Origin: Sphyrna mokarran
Taxonomy: Eukaryota
NCBI GenBank assembly: GCA_024679065.1
Contig: JAGIQG010000019.1
Location: forward strand, 38,998,001 to 39,062,000
Direction: 5' to 3'
Length of the DNA stretch: 64,000 bases
Made by a program: the position numbers and the translations under genes
Part shown: positions 48,655-61,876 of the stretch, in pieces
Layout: the number at the start of each line of letters is the position of its first letter
Position numbering within the stretch: position 1 is the stretch's first letter
The notes under the pieces: generated by a model
Databases searched by the model: none
What the model saw: the letters and a program-made list of their open reading frames with translations, nothing else
Told to the model about the DNA's origin: nothing

Positions 48655-48805
48655 TCTGGATTCTGAAACAAAAACAGAAAATACTGGAAAATCTCAGTAA
48701 GATTGACAGCATCCGTGGAGAGAAAATACAGCCAATGTTTCAAGCGTGGATGGCCTTTCGTCGGAGACGTGCCAAGATTATCCAGCATTTTCTGTTTTTG
48801 TTTTT
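48655..48805 (-). mobile_element. Penelope-like terminal repeat with an inverted partial copy
   Basis: The minus strand reads ccgacgaaaggccatccacgcttgaaacattggctgtattttctctccacggatgctg. Inverted arms of 29 bp lie at 48666-48694 and 48775-48803. Confidence 0.75.
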
Positions 48806-50399
48806 TCCATCCGCTCTCTGCTTTATTTTAAAAGATTTATTACAGAGATTTCGAACAGGGAAAAGAAAATGATCCAAATGTTATTTTAAACTGGGAGTGG
48901 AAGTCTGTTTTCCCCCCCACCATCACTTTAGTCTGTCCTCAGAATTCAATGCTCACCAGATCCAATAAGTGTTTTCAATATATTCTTAATTCTTCCAGTT
49001 TCAGCATGAAACATTTTTACATCCTACAGTGAGTGTTACATGATAAAAGGAACAAGTGTCAGTACATTTGTAAATGTAAGGAACTCCCTTCTCTATTGCA
49101 CTGGCACTGGTTACATTTAACATGGGTTGCTTACTGGAGATAAAGCAGAGTGATGTGCCAACAGTTTGATGCCACAGAGAGAAGCAGTAAGTTTTGGCCC
49201 ATGAATCATGTACCAAATTATGAAAAGAGGGTTGCCTGTAATATTTCATAGCAGGAGGAGTAATGGCCATTGTGCCCTGCACCCCTGTGGCTTAAAAATA
49301 TGATAGAACAGCAGTTTGTTGCCTTCATAGCCAGAAAATGGCCCATGGCATTGTCTTACTTCTCCCTTGGCTCTCTTCAAGTCTTCTTCAGCTCCTGTCT
49401 AACCCACATGACACTCAATTGCCCCATTTAATCCTCGATTTGGATTATGACTATCTGAAGCATGACGGGTTGTTTGATTTCCACTTGTGTTGTAACTTCC
49501 TATGATATTAATGTCAATTATCTCCTTAAAAAAAAAGGCTGAAGATCCAAACTTTGTGGGGTAGCAAAGAGTTACTAAAAATAGTCTAATCAGTCCTTAA
49601 GTGGGGTGAGGTGAAACAATAAACCAAAATGATTGTGCACTATTGCTATCTCATGGTCACTGCTGGATAAGAAACAAGTGTATGTAGATTCCTAGGACAG
49701 CCTTGGTGATGCCCTCTATATTTGAGTATAAAGCTAACAGTGACTGTTTAGGTTCACACATCGAGAACGACCATTTGGACCAGGGTGAAGTGAGTACAGG
49801 TGCCAATGAAATTATCCTCCAGCAAGTCAGTATTTGTGAAAGACGAGGGGGCAAATTTGAAACAAAAATCTTGAACAGAACCAGACCTAGATAAAATAAT
49901 ATAGGAATGCTCTTTAGTTTTTATGTGAATATTGGTCTGACCTGTTTCTCATTGCAATAACTTAGGTGATAATACTCCAGATCACAGGGTAAGTCAGTGC
50001 ATTAGAAAACCAAAGTATGTATATCATACTATATGGAAATTAACATGTTATTTTTAGTTTAATATTGATTAGATGGCATGCCAAAATAAGCAAAGTTGAT
50101 ATTTAATTGAATAACAGATTAATGTTTTAGGGAGGGCCCCTTCATTAAAAATGAACGCCAAAGATAAACTGAAATTCAATTTAATAATAATTTAATTACA
50201 TACTACCATGTTCCTATTTAGTCTGGTACTGCAAAAGGGAGGGAGCGACTCCAGTCACAGAGGGGAAGAACCATTAAATGGTATAAAAGATTATGAGAGT
50301 TAGTCAATGAAGACCACAGATCGTAACATCTTAATTGATTGGAATATTGTTTTATCTTCCCACTTTTTGCTCTTAATTTTAGAAAGACAGTTCGCTATC

Positions 50400-50510
50400 T
50401 TTATGTTTTCAGTTTTGACAGGGCTCACAGCAGAAACGTCTTTTCTCTCAACAGATGCTGTAGGACTTGCTGTGTATTTCAACATTTTCTGTTATTTTTT
50501 CAGTTTTATT
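50400..50510 (+). mobile_element. Penelope-like terminal repeat, old
   Basis: cagttttgacagggctcacagcagaaacgtc...ctctcaacagatgctgtaggacttgctg. Confidence 0.6.
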
Positions 50511-50879
50511 TGGGGAATCAACAATCTGTTGAAACAGATAAATCATCTTCCTTTAAAACAAAAGCAGAAACCAACAGCGATCATCATAAATTAGGTAATG
50601 ATGTGTGTGCTGGAGAGGTACAACCTTTGAAAAACAAATTATAACACTCATAAGAATAGAGTTTAAAAGCACAGTAAATACAAACTTATTACAAAGTGAA
50701 GAAACATTCAAAATAGCAATACCAACATGAACATAATTTTTCTGCAATTATACCCAGATTTCTTAATAAACATAACAGGTTAATGGAAAACTTGCATTCA
50801 ACACAGCATCCGTTATGCTGTTTGTTTACAGATTAGAATTAGATTGCCCAATGGAACAAAGTACAAACAGCTCCACCAA

Positions 50880-51110
50880 TAGTTCAGTCTGTAAATTTGC
50901 TGCCCCATCCGGTACGAGTCAAAAGACTTGACTGATGGTTCTGGGTTTCAGCCCTGGCTGATGCTGAGTTTGCAGATTTCCCGGGGACTGCAACTGACTT
51001 TAGTGGCCCTTGGCTGGGGAGGAACAAAATCAATCAAGGTTCCTGCTGCTGCCTGCTACCTAATCACACCTGCTAGAATGGCACAAGGTCTGGACACCAA
51101 GAGAAAAATA
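50880..51110 (+). mobile_element. Ancient SINE-like repeat (same family as 5770)
   Basis: gggtttcagccctggctgatgctgagtttgcagatt...ggctggggaggaacaaaatcaatcaaggttcctgct. Confidence 0.55.
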
Positions 51111-53286
51111 GAGTGATTCAGATAAAATAACTAGTAGAGAACAAAAGGGACATAGTCTTAGAATTCAATGTAAACCAGTTAAAATAAAGCCAGAAAATGA
51201 ACTTCACAGAAAAAGGCTGCAAGAATACAGAATGTACAGCTCCAGAACCATTCAATGGATTTATTTAAAAATGAGAAAAAAAAACTTGAATTTGTTTATT
51301 ATGACCTGCATAGCCAATGAAGCACTAGTGATGTGTTTTGATGTCAACATTGCTGAAGTGTAGGAAATGCAGCTGCTAATTGGCACATGGTATGTTCTAA
51401 TGATCAGGTACGTTTTTAGTAATTATCTGCAATTCAAATGTGTTAGAAAAGTAACGGAAAAAAGGGAATTGGCATGGCTACAGAAATACCATTCCAAATG
51501 GGTTGAGGCCTGCACTTATGAACTTCAAATGGAGAATAATTATTTGAAAGGTGAAATAGTGGGCACCAAAACCAGGTCCTAAGCAGGAGTTAATGCCTTC
51601 AAGAAATGAGTAGAAATTGGAGGGATATAAAAAATTAGAAGCAAGCATTGAAAGACCGCTGGCAAATTAACAACCAGTGGCGCATTACAATAGCTACTTG
51701 CATCTGCAAAAAGGTTGCAACCCAAAAACTTTTGTTTAGTAAACTTGGCTCAAAAGCTGAATTCACAATAGCAGCCATGCTACTGTGGGCAAGGGAGTTG
51801 ATTAGATAGGCACAATTTGTGTTCCTGCTGTATTTCCAATCCAGTAGAAAAGGGCAAGGATTCAACAAGACATTAGAAATCCTAAAAAGGAGGGCAAACA
51901 TTAATGTTGAAAAAATCAGACATGTTGTGCAACCACAAAGAAACAAATCAAGAAAGTAGTGATTGAAAAAAAAAAACGCCTGTCCCGTAAGACCAACTGT
52001 GTTATACTTTTTGCATGGAATTTTATTTCCACACTCAGTCCATGTGCTTGCTGTTGTTCTCCAGGGTCAGTTCCTTCTTATTGTAACTTCCACTACACCT
52101 GTGCACCATTTCCCTTGCCATGTGTAGTTAATCAAGACACCAACCCGAGAGCACCAACTCATTCATTTTCGTTACCATGACGTCAAAACAACACAACAGC
52201 TGTTTTCACTGCTGCTACATTGTTAAACAGGTTACAAATCACTCAACAGATTAAACAACTGGATAGGTAAGCACTGATAATTACAGACATTCCATAGGTA
52301 GATGTTATTTAAAGACAAATTATTTTTATGCAGTCGGATCAATGTATAGCTATAGGAGCCAAGATAGCTTCATAGATCATCCTTAACACTAGTGCAAGTG
52401 ATATCAGTTTCAGCAGAACCAAAATAAGTGAATTGCCCATGGGGAACATGTACAACAACTTTCATTGATATTACGCACTGAAGTTATCAAAATGCCCCAA
52501 AGCACATTAGTTAGAGGTCAGGTCAATATAGATGGCGATGTTGGAAAGATTGCCAATACTATAAATGAAGGGTTCTAACCAGGGTTTTGAAGATGGAGGG
52601 CGTTGGAACAAGTTAGAACAGAAAAAACTCAAGACCTACGGGCAAGATGCTGATGTTTATTGATTTTTAAAAGCATGATGTTGAGAGAACATTGGACAAG
52701 ATTTTGAAGCTCTTAAGCTGATTGTAATGGAGAGCCACTGGATGTTGTCAAAGACAGGCCAACAGATGAATGGAGCAGATAAGAACTGCTCAAAAGAATT
52801 CTATAGCAGTGGGAATTTATGTTGTTTACAGCTCATGTTTGGTGAGAAGGGTATTGCAAAAGTTGATTCTGTAGGTGACCGAGGAATAAAAGTTTCTTCA
52901 GCAATAGGGTGGAATGGATAGAAATGGAGATACGAATATTGAGTGTTTGAGACACAAAACAATGAATCACTGTTTGGAGCTCATTAGCAGCTGAGCTGGA
53001 TGTGCACTCAAAAGCAAGGAGTATTTCACAGAGCCGGACTGGATGATAATTTTATTGCCAATCTCGAGCTGCAAAAATCATACCTACCTGCAACTTGACA
53101 TCATCCAAGCCAGAATGTCATGACATCAAGAATAGTTTGATGAGATGACGAGAGTTATCATGGAGTACATGGGAATTGATACCATGTTCAATGATGTATA
53201 TAATCAAAGGCTAACAAAGAAAAAGATTACAAAAGGAGTGAAATAGTGAGTACAGCATGTTGGTTGCCATTCTGGACTGTAACAAG

Positions 53287-53579
53287 TGTGGCACAGTGGT
53301 TAGCACTCCTGCTTCGCAATGCCAGCGATCAGTGTTCAATTCTGGCTTCGAGTCACCATCTGTACAGAGTCCGAACATTCTCTCATATCTGCATGGGTTT
53401 CCTTCGGATGTTCCGTTTTCTTCTCACAGTCTGAAAGATGTGCGGTTATGTGCATTGGCCATGTTAAATTCTCCCTCAGTGTGCCTGAACAAGCACTGGA
53501 GTGTGGCGACTAGAGGATTTTCACAGTAACTTAATGGCAGTGTTAATGTAAGCCCTTAATTGTGATAGTAATAAATAAA
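53287..53579 (+). mobile_element. V-SINE with Rex1-like tail, full length
   Basis: gtggcacagtggttagcact...ggagtgtggcgactagaggattttcacagtaac...aataaataaaa. Confidence 0.9.
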
Positions 53580-53970
53580 ATGGGAAATATTCTAGAATTG
53601 CAAATATTTGAATTCTATATACCAGAGAGTTGTGAATGCTCAATCAGGAAGTATTTTCAAAACATAGATCTGTAGATTTTTGATTTAAAGGATATGGCCA
53701 GAACATGGATTGAGGTAGAAGACCAGCCATTATCTTGTTAATGGTAGAGCACATTCAAATGACCATCTTCAGCTGCACATTATGTTCTTAATTTGTCAAG
53801 CAGTAATGTAAAACCATAGAGCAATGTTTGATTTGAGCCACATTGCATCATCAGCGAACACTGAGAATAAATCATGTGTATCCCCACACAAATGGAAGGG
53901 AAAATAAAACACAATAGGATAGTTCCTTAGATCTTGTTCATAATCCAAGGTAGTTCATAGTGGCATTAAT

Positions 53971-54188
53971 TGGTGGAGTTTGCACATTCTCCCTGTGTCT
54001 GCATGGGTTTCCTTCGGGTGTTGCGGTTTCCTCCCACAGTCAAAAAGACGTGCTGGTTAGGTGTATTGGCCATGCTAAGTTCTCCCTCAGTGTACCCGAA
54101 TAGGCACTGGAGTGTAGCGACTAGGGGTTTTTCCACAATAACTTCGTCGCAGTGTTAATGCAAATCTACTTGCGACACTAATAAATAA
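53971..54188 (+). mobile_element. V-SINE with Rex1-like tail, 5' truncated
   Basis: tggagtttgcacattctccctgtgtc...tacttgcgacactaataaataaa. Confidence 0.9.
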
Positions 54189-57100
54189 ATTTTACATTTA
54201 AACTAGATATCAATGCTTGATTTACCTGACTGTCCTCTCAGTCACACGTGGTGCGTGACTGAAGGAGACTGGAAAACATGAAGGGAAATTAAGATTGCTC
54301 AAATAATTCCAGCTGAAGATGAATTCTACATTCTAAAATATAATTAGCATTTTACTGAGTACATATCCAATGTCAAAAAAATATATATTCATCCTGTGTC
54401 TATACAGCACAATTATGATACAGATCATTTCACCCAACAAGTTAATAGGGCTGAGTGTAATGTACCATCTCTCGTCTCTGCTCAGCTTTCTGAGCACTCA
54501 GTCACGAGACGGCACTTCAGCATAAAGTGAAGATTTGCAGTTTTGTTAATGCAAATCAGAACAGAAATTAAGTAGTTTTAAAAAGAGGCTAAATCATTTA
54601 TGGAAGACAATACCCTAAGTTTATACTCCAGTTAAATTATAGTCCTATGTTCAAAGTTTATCTGGCGATTCAAAACTCTTGCTTATTACAGCAAACCATT
54701 ATTCTTAAACACAATGCAATGCTAAGTAGAGGGCAGCAATGAATAAATTAAGGACAATTCTCAATAAAGTTTTGCACTTGAAGCTGTGCAAAGTAAGTGA
54801 CATAAATAAATTAAATTGTATGAAATTAAGTGTATTAAAGTTTCATATGTATCACACAGTAATGTCTGACAATCAGTCCAAAGGTGAGTCCCTCTGAGGT
54901 GAGAAATGGCCAATACGATTCATCTAATGAGTCCCAGAACAGCTTTTAAAAAGAAAATCTCTTTTGTGTCACTCAACTACTTATTTTCCCACTACCACCA
55001 TCAACCCTACTACCACACACACTTTTGCCAATCTGAACTGCAACCGTGGGGCAGGTGTTTATCCCACCATCTCCCTGCTAATCCATGTGCTCACGAGAGC
55101 ACAGCAGGTGCCAAAACCAACAGCCTGTCTGCCATGTTTAAATAAATAGTTCAAAGGTCAATTAAGCTCGATAATGAACCAACTGGCTTGATACTATGCT
55201 ATCCACACCATAAAACTAAAACGTTTGACATGGTCAGCAGGGGTGGTTACAGGAAATCTACTTTTCATGTTTTTTTTTGAGAGGGGGGGACTTTTGCTCT
55301 GAGGGCTGCCCTTCGCCAATTGCAGGATATTCTCCCCCTTAAATTGACCCCCCCCTTCATTTCTATCCATGCTTTCCCTTAAATCCACCCCTTCTGCAAC
55401 CCACTACCCCTCTCCCTCACCTATCTGCATCTTCTCGGACAAAGACCTGAGACTTATCTGCTCTGGGGTTCCAAGGCCATGGGACATTTTTATCACAGCT
55501 GCTACCTTGCCTTTTTGGCACTACCAGGACTGATGGAGCTGGTGGCCAATCTGATTAACCAGAGAGTGGGATTAAGTCCCATTTGGCCCTCATTAATCAG
55601 CCCCACAGCGTTTTATGTCTCCGGGGCAGCATTGACTCTATCAGCAATGTCTCTATTATTCATCTCGAAGTAATTAGTATCACATATTTACCATCCTCCT
55701 TCTGATTACAACACACAAAAACAAACAAGGAAGTTCATTCATTCCTTCCAATATGACAGGTGTAACCTGTAATTCTATAGACTTGTATCAATTTAGATAG
55801 CTACAAACAAAAGTTGATGCACTTGCCCAAAATTATACTTTAAGCGTTCAAGTCATTCAAGTGAAAAGTCTATGACTTTGAACATTATACGTGGTTCAAC
55901 CAAACTAATGGCATTCTAGAAATGCCATTCTCTACAGTCTTTACAAGTGTGAAAACTACTGATAGACTCAAGCCTAGCATTTATGCTTTTCTGTTAATTA
56001 GTCAGTGACTTTATTCTTCGGGATTTTGAGATATCATTAGAAAAGATCAAGTGGATAAAATAAAATAAATAAAACTGGCCGCACACTGAAAATGTCCAAC
56101 AACCAAATGAGCTTGCAACTTACAGCCTGACCTATGTCTTGGTGCCAAGGAAATGCAGAAGAAATTGACAACAGTATTGTAATGAGGGCTTTAGCCTTTT
56201 AAAAAATCCAATTTCTTTTCTGATAAAAAGGACCCTTAACATAGAAATGTTGTCACAATGAAGTTCCTTGTGATGGTAAGCTGACAGGTGTAGGCTAGTG
56301 AGTGAGCTTCTTGAGCTTTTTTTGAGGCATAGTTGTTCACTTGAAGATTCTTTAATTAGAATAGCATACTCTTAACATATGCACTCTGCTATAATTTACA
56401 GCATCTGCTAAGTAACCAGGCACAGAAATGATTTAATTATATCACTTGGGCATTTGGAAGCACAATGTAATTACAAATAATAACCATAGCGATGCTAATA
56501 AATGTCATTTTGCTCACATGGAGCCAATGTGTCCTGGTAATTAAAGGACCTCAATGAAGGAAATCAACTTGCCATCAAAACATTTGGATAGATTCATTTT
56601 CAGATGCGCTCAGTGGGTGCAAAGCACTGTAGGGCTCCAAAATATTTAAGTGCATGGATTATGCCATGAACAGGAAGCAGTAAACTCCAAAGACTATGCT
56701 GTGTCCCTGCTGAACTGTATGATAATTTATTTCTTAATTCCTTTCATTAGCTGATACCTAGTACTGTTAATATGATGCTGCTGCCTTCAAAATATTACTG
56801 TATTAATAATGAGGTGGAAATGCATTGTGCCAACACAGGAAATAAAACCATTTTAGGAGGTAAGAGCATTTGAGAGCTATCTTTACTTAATCCTGATGGA
56901 TCTAGCATGGGATCTGGGATGGTTGTTTACCACTCACTTGTATGCTCTACTTGGTGCTTCTCCTGTAGTTTGGTCAAGCTTTGCTGAAAATGTGAAATCT
57001 AAGATTTCTATGACTTTAAATAAGTGAATGTAGATTATGCTTAAAGGAAGACCTAATGACATGTAGGATGTGCAAGGGATTGTGAGTGCCCAAGACTGAT

Positions 57101-57786
57101 GGCCAATTGCCATGTAACACAAGTGTGGAGATTGTAAGAGCTCTGCACCTATTGTTTCCAACATTCATCAAATGCAAATAAGGATGCTTCACACAAGGTT
57201 TTGCTTTTCAAATTCATTTTTATGTATTGTTCTTGGGATGCCAGTAACTGGGGTCACATCACTTTTACCACTCATATCTGTTGGCCTGATAAGGTAGTCT
57301 AGGTCATACTTCATTGCAATTGCTTTTACAACTAACTGGCTTGCTCAGTCACTTCAGAATGCAGTCAGTCAGATTCTATCACTGCAACTGAAGTCATATG
57401 TGGACAGAGTAGGAAGGAAGGCAAGTCCCTTGAAGGCAAGAAGGAAATGGAATTGAACAGCAGCAACTGATGCAGAATTTGAATTTGTTTTTTTTCCTCC
57501 CTTCCACACAACTATTTTTTAAAAATCTTCTGAAATCTAATTAAATTCTGTCAATACAAGAATACATTTTGTTTGTGCTTTTTGTCCATCTGTGCTCTGT
57601 GGAATGAAATGTGCAATGGTCCACTTCAGGACAGATGCCTCCAAACACACAAGTACAAAACCTGTGGAAGTTACAAACTGAGAGAATGATTGATCAAAGT
57701 ACAACCCATGTATTAAACGAAAATGTGAGTTCTGATCATTACTTTCTGTGCTCCTCATGTCCCAAAATCTCTCAAGTTATGTAAAC

Positions 57787-59405
57787 TGTTATGATCCCAG
57801 CTGATGTTATTATTGGACAAGAATGGAACCTGGCTTATTCGATTTCCTTTAAAGCATTTGCCGAACAGATTCACAGGAGTCCATTGTTGACTTTTTAAAC
57901 AAAAAGATAAAAAACAATGACTAAATTATATAACAAAAAGGCTGTAAAGATTTCAACATGGAAACCAAAAAACATTGAAAATAGGAGCAAGTAGACCATT
58001 TCGGCCTTACAAGCTTGCTCCACCATTCATTTTGATCATGGGCTGATCATTTCAAGAGCCCGATCTCGCTTTCCCCCATTTTCTTTGATCCCCTTCGCCC
58101 CATGAGCTATATCTAACTCTTTCTTGAAAACATGCAATGTTATGGCCTCACTCTATGGGTGAAGAAATTTCTCTTCATGTCACCCTAAAAGGTTTATTTC
58201 ATGCCCACAGACTATCACCCTTAGTTCTGGACACCCCCACCATTAGGGACATCTTTCCTGTATTTATCCTACATAGCCCTATTAGAATTTTATATGTTTC
58301 TGTGAGATTCCCTCTCATTCTTTTGAGCTCCAGTGAATATAATCCTAATCGACTCAATCTCTCCTCATATGTCAGTCCCTGAATTCCAGGAACCATCCAG
58401 TAAACCCTTGCTGCATTCCATCTATAGCAAAAAAAACTTTCTTCCTCAGATAAGGAGATCAAAACTGCACACAATATTGTCAATGGAGCCTCATCAAGGC
58501 CCTGTATAATTGCAGCAATTACGAAGACCAAAATGCCATTTGCCTTCTTTGCTGCCTGCTGCACCTGCATGCTTACTTTCAGCGACTGGTGGACTCCCAG
58601 ATCTCGTTGTACATTCCTCTTTCTTAATTTAGCCATTCAAATAATAATCTGCCTTCCCATATGATTCAAACTCATACTTCCCGTTTTGTTTCAGCAATAC
58701 CTTTACACATCCAACACTCCAGTGAAGAGGCACCACTATTTCCACACAACGTACAGCTAGTTCAGTTACAAAGAAGTTTGTTTTCCAATAGACTTCTGAC
58801 CATGCACTGGATGCCATTCCATATTTCGTGGCTTCCTTGAGACTCACTCTACATTCACAAGGGGATTTTTCACACTAATTTCATTACAGTGTTAATTTCA
58901 GCATTCTTATGGCTTGGATAAAAAGACTTTAAACTTATTGCTTTAACTTTAGAGAAATAAGTAGGAGTTCATTAAAGGCTTTCTTCAGCAGTCTGGCATC
59001 ATTTTTAGTTAGACAGCATCTTATATATTTCTGTCTCCACTCTCGTATATCCGTACCAAATGGAATCAAAACTGCTTTTGTTTTCTTTCCCTGTCTGTTT
59101 GTGGTCTTTTCTCTGATCCTCTGTTGCTGGGCAATAGCAGATTTTCCTACTTTTTTTGTTTGTTTTAACTTCCTTAACCTTCTAGCCCTTTGGTAATCCA
59201 TTGTAAAATCTCACTAAAAACTCATATACCAACAGGGCCTGGAGACTTCCCAGCTTCACCTAAACACAACTCTAAAATGAAACCAAATCCAGCTTTCACC
59301 ATTCTTAAATCATAAATAAAATAACATAAATTAAAACTTAAAGCAATATATTGTACTGAAAACAAACACAATTACTGTACTTAAAACTATATCTAGTTCC
59401 TAACA
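57787..59405. mobile_element. Probable solo LTR interrupted by a CR1 insertion
   Basis: Begins TGTTATGA and ends TCCTAACA (TG...CA termini with a short inverted repeat). No clean target-site duplication. Confidence 0.45.
57965..58655 (-). mobile_element. CR1 LINE ORF2 3' fragment
   Basis: QRDLGVHQSLKVSMQVQQAAKKANGIL...GLTYEERLSRLGLYSLELKRMRGNLTETYKIL. Confidence 0.92.
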
Positions 59406-60409
59406 GAAATAAATAATGCAATATAATTTCTCAAGGTTTTGTTGGATTCTTAAACTAACTTTAATCCATTCCCTTTACCACTGCACCAATTAATTTTACA
59501 GGTAAGACTATACGATCCAATGAAAATCTATAAGTTCCACCTATAATCCAAAACTAATACTTCGCTTACACTCTTGACTAAGCCCTTGTTTCACCACTCA
59601 ATATAGCTGATTAATATTTCAACTCTATCTCCCAGCCCTATTTCTGTAAGTCTTAATACATTAACCTCAGTAAATCACACCAAGGACATCATAGGATACC
59701 ATAAGCCTCAAGATTAAAATTTACCAACATCATCTGAAACTGAAGCACTTAACTCTTCAAATGATAAATTACTTCTTTAACTTTATGATTAGATTATCTT
59801 TTCATTTTTGACAATGGCTTAACAACCCTACAATGCATCTATTTCTGGATAACTTTAAGAGTCACAGCTCCATATGTAATGCAATTCAAATGGATTCCCA
59901 ATATTTTGGGAAATCCATTTGCTGTGCTTTAATTCTGTTTCTTCATTCAAATATTCTCATCTCTTCATGTGAAGACCACTTCTAATTCTAGATTTTTGGA
60001 GTCACTTCCAAAAATCCTGATCAACATTTGATCTATCATTCAACTAGCTAAGCTTCCTGTGTAAGCCTGATAGTGAAAGCTAGCCAACGGTTGGGTCTCG
60101 ATTGAGAATTTTAGCTACGCTCAGCTAAATCTCAGCCCATTCTTATCCAATGTTTACCCATATTTCTCAAAGTGATCACTGGATAGTGATTTGGGCTCAT
60201 AGATCCTGGGGGATCTTTTTCTTTCCTTAACCCAAGTTAACTGCAATAGTTTGACAATAATGCTAGTTTGAGATCAGCCAATACAACACATACAGAGAAT
60301 TTGGTCTATAACAGTAAAGTACACAATCAGGTAATAGTGCCAGCAGACAGCATCTTTGATTCACTTCCCTTGTGAAATAAGTCAGTAAACATAATTACAA
60401 ACTGGCAGT

Positions 60410-60685
60410 TTCAGGTTGAGAGGGGCAAGTATAAGGGAGATGTGTGGAGGAAGTTTTTCATGCACAGAGTGGTGGGTGCATGAGATATGCTGCCAGAGGA
60501 GGTTGGTGCAAGCAGGCACATTAGCAACATTTAAGAGGCATCTAGATGGGTACATGAATAGGAAAGGAATAGAGGAAATGGTCTAAGTAAGAGCGGGAGG
60601 TTTTTTTCTTAAATTTTATTGTGGCATCATGATTGGCATAGGCTTGGAGGGTCAAAGGGCCTGTTCTTGTGCTGTAGTTTTCTTT
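60410..60685 (+). mobile_element. CR1 3' end
   Basis: agagtggtgggtgcatg..gctgccagagg...catttaagaggcatctagatgggtacatgaatagg...aagggcctgttcttgtgctgta. Confidence 0.85.
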
Positions 60686-61876
60686 GTAAAACAGTTCATG
60701 TTTATGTTACTGTCACTTAACACAGCACACAATCCCAACCAACTTTTCATATTAATCCATTTTTGTCTTCCATTTTCACACCGTCTCTTCTGTGTAACTG
60801 AAATGTTTAATGTGTCAAAAACATACAGAGCACCAAAGTTAATAGATGATGTATTAATCCTTTTAGAAATAACATGTAAATATAGGAAAGTAGTCAAACT
60901 TTCTGAAAGACTATATATTTGGCAAGTTTTATTTGTTCATAAGCTTACAACTTAACATTCTTTGGAGCATAGCCACTTAAACTCAACCAAATTTACATCT
61001 GTTTTCTGAAAGATTGGTAATATCTTTTTCTCTTCCTATATTTCTCTTTTCTCTCCTGAAGAACATTGCCTGTTGCAATGTTCAGCCCCTTGATTCCAGT
61101 CCACCCCTTGATTAGATGAGGGCTGATTAGCATCTTAATACCATCAACTGTCTTTGTTCCACATCCCTCGAGATTGTTATATTTCATTGCAACCCATTCC
61201 CTTTCGCTATATAGTAAGTCCTTGTTTCAAGATGTCTCACTTAACATTGTTTCTGTTTTAAATTAGAATCTTTTTCAGTGTTTTTTTTCCCCCTGAATTA
61301 CAGCACAATTTCCATTTTTATGCCATCATGTGTCTTCGCTACTGGCACCCTTGTAGCTCATAGTACACGTGTGTATTGCATATGGGCTTCCTTGCTGTGT
61401 ATCATACGCGTTGGCTCATTTAAAGTCAGCTTCCATGACACAGTCAGCACTATTCTGAAGAAAGGTGCACTTTGAGGGAACTTTGATTTTTTAAAAATAA
61501 ATCCCGGAGATAAAGTTGTGGAGAAAGAGTATCCAAAGTTTTTGTTTGCAAACAAAACATTAAAGCCTAGAATGCACATCTGTGAGAAAAGGTCCATTTC
61601 TTGACTCTGTTTCAGGAATGCCTATGGTGGGTGAGACACACAAGTCATTAAGATCTGCTGGAGAGCTGTATTTGCCATTGTGCACAAGTGGGGTAAAATT
61701 GCTTTCATATCTCAGGGCAGACAGCGAACCATTCAGGAGGCTGACTCTTTAATCTGGCTAAAGTCTGGCCCTTCCATCAAGACAGCAGTAGATGAGGCAG
61801 AAACCATTTTAAAATCCAAGAGAGAGATATTTGCAACAGCACTGAGGCTCTAAATCATTCAAAGCCACCTCCACTG

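Noticed and set aside
53246-54158. Several similar short ORFs (..VCMGFLRVLRFPPTV..) suggesting a peptide family
   Set aside because: All are translations of the V-SINE core.
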